Source: Spironucleus salmonicida | Lineage: Eukaryota | Direction: 5' to 3' | Length of the DNA: 64,000 nt | Assembly (NCBI RefSeq): GCF_000497125.1 | Contig: NC_090596.1 | Coordinates: 1,302,001-1,366,000, forward strand | Shown here: positions 39,610 to 52,857 of the stretch, one piece after another | Position numbering within the stretch: position 1 is the stretch's first letter | Layout of the letters: each line of letters opens with the position of its first letter | The notes under the pieces: generated by a model | Database searches by the model: none | Seen by the model: the letters and a program-made list of their open reading frames with translations, nothing else | Told to the model about the DNA's origin: nothing | Program-made: the position numbers and the translations under genes

Positions 39610-40311
39610 ATGGATAGAATTACAGATATGTCACAGAAGACTTACAATGATGTAATAGCATAGGAACCTGCTGCTTCTATAAAATGCTAGAAATTAATAT
39701 CACTAGATTTTGAAACCCCCAAGAAGTACGAGGAGGTGGTGGATATCTGGTATGCGACTGTTGAGGGATCCAAGTTCCAGGCCATGAAAGGCCAGGCAGT
39801 TGTGAATGCAGATATCTTAACGGTTCTTTCTGAGATCCACGACCTCACCGAATGCACTCCCGCCATGCCTGCTGAGTAGAAGGACGGAAAAGTTTGCAGG
39901 TACATATACTTCCCCAGCGACGAAGTCAGGGCCAACGTGCAAGCCATCAAGGACAAGAGCGGCGTTATTGAGGGTAACTCATACTTGTGCTACCAGCTCA
40001 TTGAGAGCCCTTCCGCCATGATTTCCCGCCGCGAGTTCTATATCACCAAAACCACATTCGACCAGTCTTCTGGTGGTGTTAAAAAGTTCGTTATCACTCA
40101 GAATAACCCTGAGGTGGATATAACGACCGCAGCTAAGGCAGTGCGTGGTTCCATGAGCTCCTGTATAGTCCTCGAAGCAGAGGGTGCCAAGACCAAGGTT
40201 ACTACCTACTTCCACGTTGACCCCATGGGTAGCATCCCAGCCATGATCTTCACGGGGTCCCTCAACAAGCAGAACAACTTCCTCGTCAAGCTCCTCAAGA
40301 AGTTCCAGTGA
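39610..40311 (+). CDS. START-domain lipid-transfer protein, copy 2
   Basis: Same length as copy 1; first 16 codons differ (MDRITDMSQKTYNDVI vs MEKIKDLPQSVQDAFL), remainder identical. Confidence 0.88.
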
Positions 40312-40327
40312 CGTGCCATTTCACTCA
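39658..40327 (+). repeat. 670-bp inverted repeat, right arm
   Basis: Reverse complement of 34611-35280. Confidence 0.95.
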
Positions 40328-40330
40328 GCA

Positions 40331-42349
40331 TCAAGGATATAAAAATGGGGCCTTTTCGATCCAGACCCTAGTTCCAATTCCTACATATTCCTCTTTACTT
40401 ACTGCATTTTCAATTACCCCATCAGTTAAACATAATAAAGCGCCTGCAAGCCAGGGTCCACCGTTATGGCTATCAAACCATTCATCGCGTAGAAGTTCTA
40501 TTTAAGGATATTAAAGCTTTAATACTTTATAAATCTCTTCTTATATGCCACCAACATATCCAATTCCGCCCATTAGTATCAAATTTGCACAAATTTCTTG
40601 AATTCGTTTTGCACTGGCAGCCTTTTCTTAGTCTTCAGTTTCAATATTTTTCGCCTCCTCAACACGGCGCCCTGCTTATCTTGCAAAAACTTCGTTTGCT
40701 AAATGAGATTTGTAAAGAAAGTCAATAAGACCATTTGTTAATTCGCCTATTGATCCTACACAGGTATCTGCGGAAAGATCTTCACTAAAGTCTAACATAC
40801 GTCTACCATTCACAATCATCTCACCTAATTCATTTCGTTCTAATTGGACTTTTGTAGTTTTTGGAACATCGCGTTGCTCACATGCTGGATCAAATGTTGT
40901 TCTTAAGTCTAAATATTGCACTGATCTAAGTTTTTAACTAGCAGCAGTTGGCTTAAGGGCCAAAGATGCACTTGCAAGACCTATTGGGCCCAATCTAAGC
41001 GAGAAATTGGAGCCAAAACTTGTAAAAGTACCATTTTAAGGAACTGGATAGTTAATACTGAAATTGACTTGATTATTATCATTTAGATTTAGAGAGAATG
41101 CTTATTACTAAAAAAGTGAAATTAGTGATTTACTAACTTAAAAAAGAATAAAATGCAGAGAAGATTTTTATATAGCTTTATCTAGTCCTTTAATATAAGT
41201 AGTAACATCTTCAGGAACACCTATTTATGACATTACAGATATATAATCTTCATCTTATAGATTCTTTATATCAAATAAAAATCCAAGCATTTGTGCGCTT
41301 TTCTCTAATTACTTAGAGTTTCTCATAAAAAATTAAAACCCACTAAGAATATTGAGTATATTCGAATGAACTGGTGCTTGTAGTCCATGAATCACGGGAT
41401 AGAATGGTTCTACACATGTAAGTGATGTTTTTTATAAACTACTTGAGAATACTAATCCACCACGACCAGTAACAGCACTTACCGCAACTGATTATTGAAT
41501 TAGTTCAACACCAGCAAAACCTAACTTATCAAAAAGTACCTCTTGCCATATTTTTAACTCAGTAGATCCGATGTCATCAGGAAGAATCACCATACAAATA
41601 TAGCTAGATAAATTATCTGGAAAAACACTAGGATCTAACTTTCTACGTTTATGAAATAAGGGTATATTGGATTTCGGTATAAGAGTTCTACCACCTGCAC
41701 CATAAATGTTATTAGATAATGCGTTAACAGTTTCATAATTAATTTCCTCAGGTTATTGCATATTTTATTCTACTGATTTCAAAATTTACTATGTAGCTTG
41801 TGATGCGGATGATGGAAATTCTATCATTTCTTACTTTTCAATTCCTTAGATTGACCTTCCTATAACCTCTTTCAAGAAATTAAAAAGTAATTCCTAAGTT
41901 GTAGTAGGTCTTGGAACCCCATTAAATTCATAATTCAAATGACCACCAGCAGTAAAAATTTAATGTATGTATTAATTTGCTTGTGGAGCTAAATTATAAC
42001 AGTCATCAGCAAAAATATAACCATCCGTCTGACTTATTAAACTAGGGACCTCTGATCGAGTCTTTGAAAACACATCTTCCGACGCCATTTAGTCTAGTCT
42101 TGCCGGCTTATTTTTAACAGCTTCAGCTAGAACTTTAGCTAAATCAACTTAATTAGATTCGTTGTGACGTAGCTTTAATAATATATTTTAGTTTTCAGCA
42201 TAGTATGTTGCCTCTTAATGTGGAAATGCTATAAAAGAAGCAAAATTTTACGGTTTATATTTTATTGCGACTGATACTTAAGTCTCAAGGTCATCTGGGT
42301 AAATTACTATCGTTCTGCAGCCTCTTTCTTATGCAAACTTAGGGAACAT
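40331..42349 (-). CDS. ARP8: Actin-related protein 8 (INO80 complex)-like
   Basis: TIVIYP start, YICMVILPD...LFDKLGFAGVELIQQSVAV, QKTSLTCVE, LILMGG, terminal EEYVGIGTRVWIEKAPF. Confidence 0.75.
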
Positions 42350-42474
42350 TCTTAGGAAGGAATAATATATATTTTTTATTAAAGTATAATAATTTAAATA
42401 AAAATATATACGCTAATTATGTATAAAATTTATAATATTTTTTGCGGAATTATCGTTCCCTTCTCTCCACAATC

Positions 42475-43770
42475 ATGTACAGCTAAATTATTTCTAGACT
42501 TAGATAATTAGACAGGTAAACCCAGCAGATATATGGTGACTATACAATTCTTCCTTTAGAAGAGAGAAATTAGGCCGTATTAGAAATGAACTGCATTAAA
42601 GATGAAGTTTCATAAATCTAGTAATAGGTTGTTGCTGCCATCGATCAGGATTATCAGTCGTCTCCTGAGGATGAAAACGAAATCACATAATTAATCATCT
42701 AGATTAATTAACGCTTTAACATGTTCAATACTCTCAGTTAACCATCTCACATAGCACCAACCTCTCCTATCAAAGCTAATTCTATGATCCCTCCTCATAT
42801 TTCTGTTACTTCTACTACGGAGTTAAATGATAATGTTAAGGAGCTTCGTGAATAACTGAAAATAATTCACTCTATGATCATTTAAGCTGAATCTGCTAAC
42901 CAAATCTCTTAATAGGAGCTTGAGGAAAGTAAATAAATTAAAGATATCTCTACTCTTGCTGTTACTCAATTAAAGAATACCACTGTTATTTAGAATTAAT
43001 ATCTTTAAACTGAGTTAGCTTCCATCCGTTAATAGCTTGTTGATGCTCTTGAAGAGAATAATGCCCTCAAGGCAAGCCTAGCTGAATTATCTATGACTAA
43101 TACTCAGCTTAATTCTGAGTGCCTTATCGGTAAATAGAACACTGATACTCTTTACGAAGAGCGTAAACGTACAACTGAAGATTTTGAACGTATCAAGGGA
43201 GATATGGATAGATGTAAGAATAAGTTTGATAACTTAAAATAGCTTTACGATTTTGAGGTTGCTAGCTACTCCACTTTCAGAGAAGATGCTTATAGAAAGA
43301 TTGCTACTCTTGAGGCCGAAAAGGAAGCCCTCCAATGCAATAACGAGCGTTTAGTCGAAAGATGCGATGAAATTGAAAGATGTGACATGGATTCTGCTGC
43401 TATTGAGGTTAAGCGTGCTGCCGTTACTATCAAACATTTGACTGATAATATTGTCTCTCTCTAAGATAGACTTTAGGAAAATAGATCTATGACAGTTGAT
43501 AATGCTGACAAATTAAAGGCTACTATTGCTGTTATTTCTGATGGTACTATATCTGGTGCTTTAGAAAGTGATCAAATTGAAAAAAGCTAATTGATGAAGG
43601 AGTTAAATGATAGCCGTTCCGAGCTCTAATAGTACAAAAGCATGCTTTCCAGCGTGACTAAAAATTCTGGACATACAACTAACAACAATTAATTCTAAGG
43701 TATAAATTTGCTCACTCCTAGCTAGGTTAAACAAGCTGAAGATTTATCTATGTCCGCTTCTAAGAAGTGA
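42475..43770 (+). CDS. Long coiled-coil protein
   Basis: 432-codon ORF with heptad pattern; C-rich motif upstream, AAG-TGA stop. Confidence 0.8.
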
Positions 43771-43972
43771 GAGTGAACTTTAAATATATTATTAATTTTG
43801 TTTAGTACATAATATTATTTATTTGACTCTACAAAAAGAACTACAAAGCAACATTCATCAGGGAATTATGCTCAGATTTATTGTATATTTAAATATTCTA
43901 TTAATATATTACTATTAATAGTATAAACTGCTTTAATTACATCTGTATTAACACAAATCTCTCACTGTCATA

Positions 43973-44719
43973 TCAAATTAAAGCTTTTGCTACTCCCTTT
44001 TTCCTGACTTCTGCAGCTTCCTCAGCATTCAAGATACCTTATTTGATTAATTCTTCAATACTACAATCGAATAATTCGTCAAGAACATCCTTTTCAGTAT
44101 AAATTTCTTCATAAAGTTATCCAACTTTAGGAGCTTATAATAAAATAGGAAGATACAGAGTTTTGTTGCAGCAAATATGAAGTTATTAAATATTATTAAA
44201 ATCGTGTGTTTCACCCTTTAATGCATTAATAGCACACTCTATGTTGTTTAAAGAATTATCTAAACTCCCTAAAGGAATAGAAAATTAGGTTCCATTAATG
44301 ATAGCACCAGAAAGGAATCTTGGGTTATTTTCATCTTCTACTGTAAATATAGGACGTTTTTCAAGAAATTTTGCTCCAAAATATTTTTCTAGTTTTGGAG
44401 CAATTTGTGGCGTTGTTATTATCGCTGAGTATTACTTTAACCACTGTTAGCGTAATTTAAAGTCTCTAAAAAGAACCTTACACTCTTCAAATGTTTTACC
44501 ATTGTTCGCATGAGAACTTTCATTGATTACTAAAGCGCGATCTGAGGCTTATGAAGGTGTAGCGAATTAAAAAGTATGATTTTATGGCTTATTTTAGAGG
44601 AAAACAACTAGTTAGTAAATGGGAGCTTCATCAAATAATGATGCCTTTTCTTTAGTTTATTGCGTGGATAGAGCTTTAATTGCTAGAATTGATTTATCAA
44701 TTAATTATTATGACTCCAT
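43973..44719 (-). CDS. Ribosomal L1-domain protein (RSL1D1/UTP30/CIC1-like)
   Basis: FRDFKLRQQWLKQYSAIITTPQIAPKLEKYFGAKF, FSIPLG, LHICCNKTLYLPI. Confidence 0.65.
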
Positions 44720-44797
44720 TGTGAAGTGAAAAAAGAAAGGTAATGGGAAATAATAAATATTATTATATCGTTATAAAAATAAACATTAAACGCAAAA

Positions 44798-45373
44798 ATG
44801 TCAAAAAAGCCGCAAACAGATTTATAAAAAATAACTGAATAGTTAGGTCAGTTGACAGTAGAAGAAAGAAGGCAAAAGAATACGGATGATAAACTTAGTG
44901 CTGCTTGGGATTACCTTGATTAGGATAAACTTGGTACCATAAATTGTGCAACACTGGCTACATTTCTATAGTAAGCTGGAGTAGTAGCAGATGAAGAGTA
45001 TATTTACGAATCAGTTTGCACATATAGACAATAAAAGCTTACCAAAAATGACTTTTTTGATAAACCAATTCTTTAAAAAATTGCTATTTCCTAGTCTGAG
45101 TTTAAAGAACTTATGGCTAAATATGGGCATAAAAAGGAAGAACTAGATGCTCTGAAGAAGGCATTTGCAGAATTGCAAAGGATTACCCCTAAGTTAAATT
45201 ACGAAAAAGGTGGTATAATAACAAACGAATTGTTTTAATAAATGAAATTATGGAATATAATGACAGAAGAATAAATTGACTATTGTAGATGTTTCTTTGG
45301 TTATAATAATAAATAAACAGACATTTTGGTTATTGAAAAATATTTCGAAAAATTAGAAGGTGACTTTTTATGA
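44798..45373 (+). CDS. Divergent EF-hand (calmodulin/centrin-like) protein
   Basis: LSAAWDYLDQDKLGTINCATL; ISQSEFKELM; LKKAF. Confidence 0.65.
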
Positions 45374-45389
45374 TATTCCTCACTTGCAA

Positions 45390-45944
45390 TCATTTTCTCC
45401 AATTATATTCTTCACCAGTAAGCATATTATATCCCAATCCAGATTTCTTCGCCAATTGTTCCTTTCTAGCCTGAGCAGCTACATAGTCTTTTTATGCTTA
45501 GTTCTCCAGCTCTTCTTATAATTAAGGATTGTGATATTCTCTAGTCAAAATATTGAAAGGTTCACCTGAAACATTTTTCTTACTACCTCTCGTTACTAAA
45601 TCTTATTGGTATCTTTCATCTTTCCCAATATCTTTCTCTTTATAAAATTAATCGCGTTGCCTGGCCATTTGTCCCATTTCTTACAGATATAAAGTTTTTG
45701 CATCTTTCTTTTATCTTTATCTCTGCCTTTCCATATCTTCAAACGAATCTCCAAATCTATTATGCTCATTATAACTTGTGGCTACAACTTATGCTTGATC
45801 GTGGCGTTCATAATTTTCAACTCTATTTTAAACACGTTATTTCTCCATCAAGTCTCGATTTTACGATATTCTACGATATTCACGAGTCTAGGGTTTAACA
45901 CGCATAGCTATTTCAATAAGTTCATCTGAAAGTTTGCGCGACAT
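45390..45944 (-). CDS. Hypothetical protein, possible ciliary microtubule-inner protein
   Basis: 185 codons; FNILTREY and YNMLTGEEY motifs. Confidence 0.55.
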
Positions 45945-46170
45945 TTGAAAGTAAATAATATTAGTATGAATTATATATTAATATTAATTATTTAAACGTA
46001 AAATTAATTTTATTCAAAGATATGTTACCATCTTTTCATTTTTTTTGATTAATATTGGTGGGTTTGAATATCTATTGTTCAGTTGATAGCATATATAAAT
46101 AATATAGTCAATTAATAAGTATATATAAAAATATTAATAATCAATAACAACTGAATATTTTAATTATATA

Positions 46171-46557
46171 TCAATTTAAATTAAGCAGATTCATAAAATC
46201 AGGTATTCGAGATTCTGAAAATGAAAAGGACATTGATTGAGATAAATCTGGAGGCGGTTATATTTATTTTTCTATTTTTTAGCTGCATTGTTTTTTCATT
46301 TTTAGATAAACTTAAAATTTAAATCCTTAAGGTGCTTATTTGTGCCTTATTTTTAGATTTTAATAAGATTTTATTACCCATAGTCTATAATTTTATGAAG
46401 TGAGCAATAAATACACTCGTTTATTTCTATAGTAAGGTAATGTTTTAGTTTATAAAGAAATTTTTAATATAATATCAAAATCAAAATCTTTTTATATCGA
46501 TTAATGTATTATTTATCCTCTAAATTTAATTTAGAGCTGAAATTCATTATTTTCCAT
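46171..46557 (-). CDS. Hypothetical protein
   Basis: 129-codon ORF MENNEFQLQIKFRG... Confidence 0.55.
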
Positions 46558-46614
46558 TTAAGTATATTTAATTATTTATATACTATATTAACCATTACTT
46601 TCAAAATCTAAATT

Positions 46615-47712
46615 ATGAGCAAAGGATTTCTAGATGATATTATCGAGTAGATAAGTGTTAAAAAACCGAGCTCGATGTCCTGGATAGCGCCTCCATAACA
46701 ATAATAATCAACTCAATAGATTCCAGTTTAGTAATAGTAATAATTTTATCAACAGCAATTGTATCAGCCATAATAGCAGTTTTCGCCTGTTAATAATAAT
46801 TAAAGGTAATAACATACTCCGTAAATTGGAGCAATGTAATAATACTAGTAATATCAGCCAGTTCCTCAAATGTATACCCAATAAATGTCTTATTAACCAC
46901 AACAACAGCAGCAATAACCTCAACAACAATTCATGCATAATTCAAGTATTATAACACATTAGTAACCTCAATTCGATTATGAAACTGAGATTAAAAATCT
47001 TTAGAAAAATTTATCTTAATTGCCTGTTACACAACTACAAAATGCATTCAACTTGTTAGTAAATTTAGTAGAAAATCTGGGTTCAACAGTAGAAGCTTCT
47101 AGAGGTCTTCAAGGCCTTCCAAAAATCTCAAAATCTCAAATTTCTGGTACAATCGAGCAAGAATCAACATACCAAACTAATGATCTGATGACTCAAGTGA
47201 TTGCTAAAAGATAATAAAATAAGTCTTAAATTCCAAGTTCATCCTTTGAAAAGCAGCTCATGTAGACCGAAAAATCGGTACATGGAAAAAGGCTGATTTA
47301 ATTCCCTACCTTAAAAGCGATTGACAGGTGGACTGAGGCATTGCTAGGATAGTTTTCAACTAAAATTTAAAGACTCACTCTTGATACTGCTGATAAATAC
47401 TTTTGGTTAGATAAAAATGTTCAGAAAGTTTTTTGGTCAAACACTGAGGGTTAGGCTGCATGTGGCAGTTTTTCTTTGTGCAATATTTTATATATTTTAG
47501 TCGGTTAGCATTCAATTGATTATACTAAAGCAAAAATTAGTTATTCTGACGTTAGTGGATTGGTTTCCAGCCAATCTGTCCCCGTGAAGCCTCAAATATC
47601 AATTATTAATGATAAAAGAGATATAAATATTATATTTCCAAATATAGAAAAATGTGATATTTGGGTTGCTGCTTTAACTCAATTGCAGAAGCTTATAAAG
47701 GTAATTTATTGA
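46615..47712 (+). CDS. Poly-Q protein with C-terminal PH domain (PLC/Num1-Mcp5-like PH)
   Basis: Q/P/Y-rich N-terminus encoded by mixed TAA/TAG/CAA/CAG; KYFWLDKNVQKVFWS...ISIINDKRDINIIF...CDIWVAAL. Confidence 0.8.
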
Positions 47713-47776
47713 ACGTATTTTTTATAAATGTATTAACTTTATTATTATATATTAATATAAATTTATCTTTACGAAT

Positions 47777-50700
47777 ATGGAGAATTATTTAAAATCAGAG
47801 TTAATCAAGGGATCAGATAGAACTTACAAGGGACTAAATAAAAATAGTGGTTAAACGGTAGCAATAAAAATTCTACCAGTTTCTAAGGATCTTTTAGCAG
47901 ATGCAGGTTTTTTAAAATCTTTAAATTCGATTTTTTTGGTTAAAGTACTAGATGTTTATACCTCAGATACTAAAATTACTATTATTTAAGAGTATGTTGA
48001 AAATGGCTCATTACGTCCTTTGGCTGGTATATTAAATTAGGGTCTAGTTTCAAAAATTATTTCGTAGGTTTTTTTAGGGTTATCATTTCTAGCTGAAAAT
48101 TCGATAGTTCATGGTGGAATTTCACTAGATAATGTTTTATTTACTAAAGATTCTTAAGTTAAACTTTAATTAATAGGGAGAAAACGAGAAAAAACACCTG
48201 GTTCAGACTAAAGTACTATTTCAACTACAAAAGATGACATATTTTTACTTGGCAAATTTGTTTATGAATTAATAACTGGCGATGATGTAATAGTTAATGA
48301 GAATGATGTAGAATTTGACAAGGATTTCAGAATAACATCTGATATATAAAAATTTTTAGAAAAGTGTTTTAAAATAGAACCAACATCAAGGCCTTCATTG
48401 ACTGAACTTAAATAATCTGATAAATGGATAAGAATTATTTTGGGACTTGATCTACTTATAACGTAATAACAAATGTCTCCAGTTGTAGTATTGGAATAGT
48501 AAGATTCATCTGAAGATTGGTCAGTATAGTAATAGCCGTTACATTTTCCGAGGCTATAAAGTCAAATTGAAGCAAATTTTGATGATGATTCTGATTTTGA
48601 AATGTAATAAACGTAAACAGATCGCTAAACTCCAGAGATTAATTAGTCACCAACTTTCCCCTCTATTTTCTAAATTTCATAAGACAAGTAAAAATCAATA
48701 CCAAAAATAGAAGTAAAAGATGATTCAGATAATTTTGATTTTGATGAATTAAATTAGCCTCTAGCAATTAAAACAGTTGTCGATAATACATTTTTACACT
48801 CAACCAAAGCTAAAAATAATGAGATAGATGATTTTGATGACGAAGATGATGATTTTAATATAGAACCACAAGCTCCACTGAAACTATAGCTTAAAATAGA
48901 TGAGGATATAATTTTTGATGATGATGATTCAGATTTTTAAATAACGAATACTCCGCTTTATATTACCTCATAGGTTTAGCCTCGAACTCCGAAGTTAAAT
49001 ACTGGATTAAATATATAAGATTAAGAACAAATAAAGTCAGTCTCACTTTAGTTAGGTAGATTACATATTAGATCAAGTCAATCAAACATTAACTTATTTG
49101 ATGATGACGATGATGAAAATATAAATTTTGTTATTCCTGTCATTAAATAAAAGAAAAGCACCATTAAATTAGTATAGCATAATACATAATCTATATAATT
49201 TGATGATATTAATGATGAATTAGATGAAAGAAAGCTAGATGATTTTGACTCAAACTTTGGATAAATCGAATCTCACAGTTTAAGATTAGTTAATAATGGA
49301 AATTTAGTAAATATATCATTTTCAGATGATGTATAAGAAGAATATAATGATTTTAATGAGATAAACTTAGCTTAATAGTTTAATGATATAATAAAATAAG
49401 TAACAATAGAAAAATTAAAAAATTTAACACTTATCTTACATTAACGAATTTCATTATCATCATATCAAAAATTTAAGGATGATAACATTGAAAAATCATT
49501 AATATAAACAAATTTTGCTTAATTTATCTTACAATAATTATCGAGTTCTAATAAATTAGAAATTGAAATTCACTTTTATTTTATGAGAATTGTTACTTTA
49601 TTAATTTATTCATCAAGTTAATTTGCTATATCTGCAATCTTTTAACGACATATATTTTATTAGTTTGATAATATAACATTTGATGACTAATCAATTAATT
49701 TTTAATTATAGGAATATATTAAGAATGATATCTTTGATAAATTAAGAGTATGTGAAAAATAAATTATTGTCTAGTGTAATTTCCTCTTAAGCATTTGTTA
49801 ATTTCTAGTTTCTGAGGATAAACGAATTTAAAAAGTTATTTAATAGTCTTTTGATGTATTTCTTAAATAAGAAGGTATATTTGCAATTAGTCAACTTATT
49901 TTATGCTTTGGAAATTCATAAATTTTATCTAACCAAATACTCTAATAAATAAGCTATTCAGGTTGTGAAATGTTTATGTCGCTATATAAACCATTTTCGG
50001 ACTTTAAAACTGAGATAGTATCTTAACTAATTAAGAACGAAGAAAATAAATATATAGTTAAAGATTTATTAAAATTAGTCAGTGGATTTTTGTAAAATCA
50101 GATTAAAACCATTACTCCTACACAGCATAAGTTAATTTAAAGTTATTTTGATATTATTATTGATATTTTCTACAATATGAAAGACCACCAAATTACTAAT
50201 GACATGACTTTAATTGACGTATTAAATGAAATTTTATCAATATCAACTCTATCTGAGTTATGCACAAATGAATATTCATAACTTCTTAATATTATTCTTT
50301 TGCTGTCTAAAATAAAGGATGATAACCTATAAAATACAATATTAAACACATTTTAATGCAAATTTATATTAATTCTTAGTAATAATACTGATTCAATGAA
50401 AAATTTATAAACAATTATTTTAGCACTAATTAATTTTATTTTTGGATCAGAACTTCGTAGGAAAGTATTATCAACACCCAATTTCTTGTAAGTATTATCA
50501 AAACTTATTAAAAAGAAAGATTTCTTATGGTAGTTTGCCTAAACTCTCCTTCTAGAACTCTTGAAATCTCCTCCATAAACATTGGACGTCTAACTCATGA
50601 TGAGTTGTGCTGAAAGCCTTTCACAGCCACTCTGGGCGAAACAATCTGCCGATTTATTGCTGAGGTTCAACACAGATTTCATAGCAACCTAATTATCAAA

Positions 50701-51016
50701 AGCAGATTTTTCTAGTTTCCCTGAAATTGCACTACCGCCATTATCTAGCTACTGCAAATCTGCACCACTGTTTTTCAAGTCAATTTTCAATAAATCAATG
50801 ATTAAAAGATGCTATTATGGCTTAAATGGTGGAATAGGTGTACGACTTGCTGTAATGGATATGGTGTGTCTGGGACTCATTGAAGGGCTAATGACGGACG
50901 AGGAAATCAAGAAGTTCAGAAAAGGAATCGAAAAGGTCAGTAGCGAGATAGAAAATAAACTCGTGAAGAGGAAGTCGAGGGAGGTGCTCTTGATTTTGAT
51001 GAAGCAAGAATAGTGA
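47777..51016 (+). CDS. STE-group Cdc15-like (pseudo)kinase with acidic linker and C-terminal helical repeats
   Basis: YKGLNKNSGQTVAIK, EYVENGSL, FLEKCFKIEPTSRPS; HRD replaced by HGG, no DFG; in frame with track ORF 50798-51013. Confidence 0.75.
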
Positions 51017-51027
51017 TTTAGGCTCCC

Positions 51028-51978
51028 TCACTTGACCATGCTGATTTCCGCGCAACACCGGGCTATTTGGACGAAACCGTTGATACCAGCGCTGACCCGC
51101 GCGACGGCCTGCGCAACGAGCTTCATGATCCGGCTTCGCAACAGGTCGCTCACGGAAAGCTTCGGGCTCAGAACTCCCCTAGTAAGCATTTGACAAATCT
51201 CATCACCCGTGAACCCGTCGATGCTCATTTCCTTGCACTGTTTGATTGCGGTATTCACGTCACTTTGACACAAATTGATGATTTCCACTCCTTAATCTTC
51301 AGTAAGAACATCAAGAACTTGAGCCAGATCTACAAACTTGATATCATTGTCCATAAGCACAGCAGCTGACTGCAGTTAATTCACAGCGTTTCGGACATCC
51401 CCGTCTGCTAGTTTTGCAATTTCCTCGGCAGCCGCGGTCTCGATTTTGATGTTTTCGATTTCAGAAATTCGTAAAATTCTTAGCTTAATCTCAAGAGGCG
51501 TCACCGGTGAGAGCATGAGCACACAGGTTCTAGACTGAAGTGACTCAGATATTTTTGAAATATCGTTGCAGGCCAAAATGAAGCGCGTGGTGTGCGAGAA
51601 GTCCTCTATGATTCGTCGGAGCGCCAGCTGTGCCTGTGCCGTCATTGCGTCGCACTCGTCGAGAAAAACAAGCTTCTGAAAGGCCGCTGGAAGCGTTACT
51701 TGGCGTTCGGCGAAGCCACGAACACGGTCACGGACGTCAGATACATTTCGCTGGTCCGATGCATTTAGCTCTAAAAATGCTTCTTTGAACTGATTTTTAA
51801 GCATAGCACGGCCTAAGCAATGTGCAATGGTTGTTTTTCCTTGCCCTGGTGGAGATGCCATAAGAATATTTGGCAGACCACCATTAACCGAAAAATACTT
51901 CAGACGATCTACTATCGGCTCGTTTCCAACGACATCTTCTAGCGTTTGAGGACGGTGCTTCTCTATAAAGGGGAGCAT
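51028..51978 (-). CDS. RFC2: Replication factor C small subunit (human RFC2 / yeast Rfc4 type)
   Basis: LPFIEKHRP..DVVGNE..GGLPNIL..PPGQGKTT, LELNASD, LDECDAMT, LQSR; two track ORFs join through one TAA. Confidence 0.9.
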
Positions 51979-52085
51979 TTTTAATGAAGTGGTACAGAGG
52001 CTATTATTAGAAAATAAAAATAAAGAAATAAGTTGAATAAAAATTTATTTATTCAAAGATGAATCTATATTTTATATGATTAATA

Positions 52086-52799
52086 ATGAAAAATAAAGTA
52101 TTTTTCACTTTAATGAAAAATAATTCTGATGAATTGCGTAAGTTCCTTGAATTTTAATTTTCGAATTAAAATATGAACTTCAATAAGCAAAATCTGTAAT
52201 TATTGGAAAAATTTGATTATAAAATTCCGTCTACGGACGTAATTATGCATTTTTTAAAATTTCATAAATAAGACATCACAGCAGATGACATATCAATTGC
52301 TATCAAAGATTCTAAATGGTTATAATTTAAAGATAATTGTCTCACTAGAGACATATTTACCTCTATTGATTATCCATCTGTAATTATATCTTGTTTGCCA
52401 ATTAAATTATAATAGTTCTAATTATTCTAAATAATCCATGAAAAAACATAAATGTAACCAATTCATTCAGAAAAGTATGTTATAAAGTCTTCTGAAGGAG
52501 TTATGACTAGAGAAGTGTACTTTAATACTGCACACGAAAGAGATGAGTTTTGGACTGCATGTGGAGGACACAAATCAATTCCTAAGAAGTAAGTTTAAGA
52601 AGTAGCAAAAACCTAGGATATTGAAAACGCTTTATAAAATGCTGTGATTTTGTTACCTGGAGTATAAGGAGAAGATAAAGACTGGAAGGCTATTAAATCG
52701 ATGAAGGCCCGAGGAATTAAACCTATTGGTAAAGTAGAGAAATTAAGGTAAAAATATGGAAAAGAGAGCAAAAATAAATCATGGTTATTTAAAAAATGA
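52086..52799 (+). CDS. La-motif + RRM-like protein (La/LARP family)
   Basis: LRKFLEFQFSNQNM..IP..IMHFLKF..DDISIAIKDSKWLQF..LTR resembles the La motif; followed by VIISCLP..EVYF (RRM-like); alternative ATG at 52113. Confidence 0.65.
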
Positions 52800-52857
52800 A
52801 GTTTAATATTATATAATTTAGCATCTATTTTTACTTTCCGCAATAATTAACTTAAAA

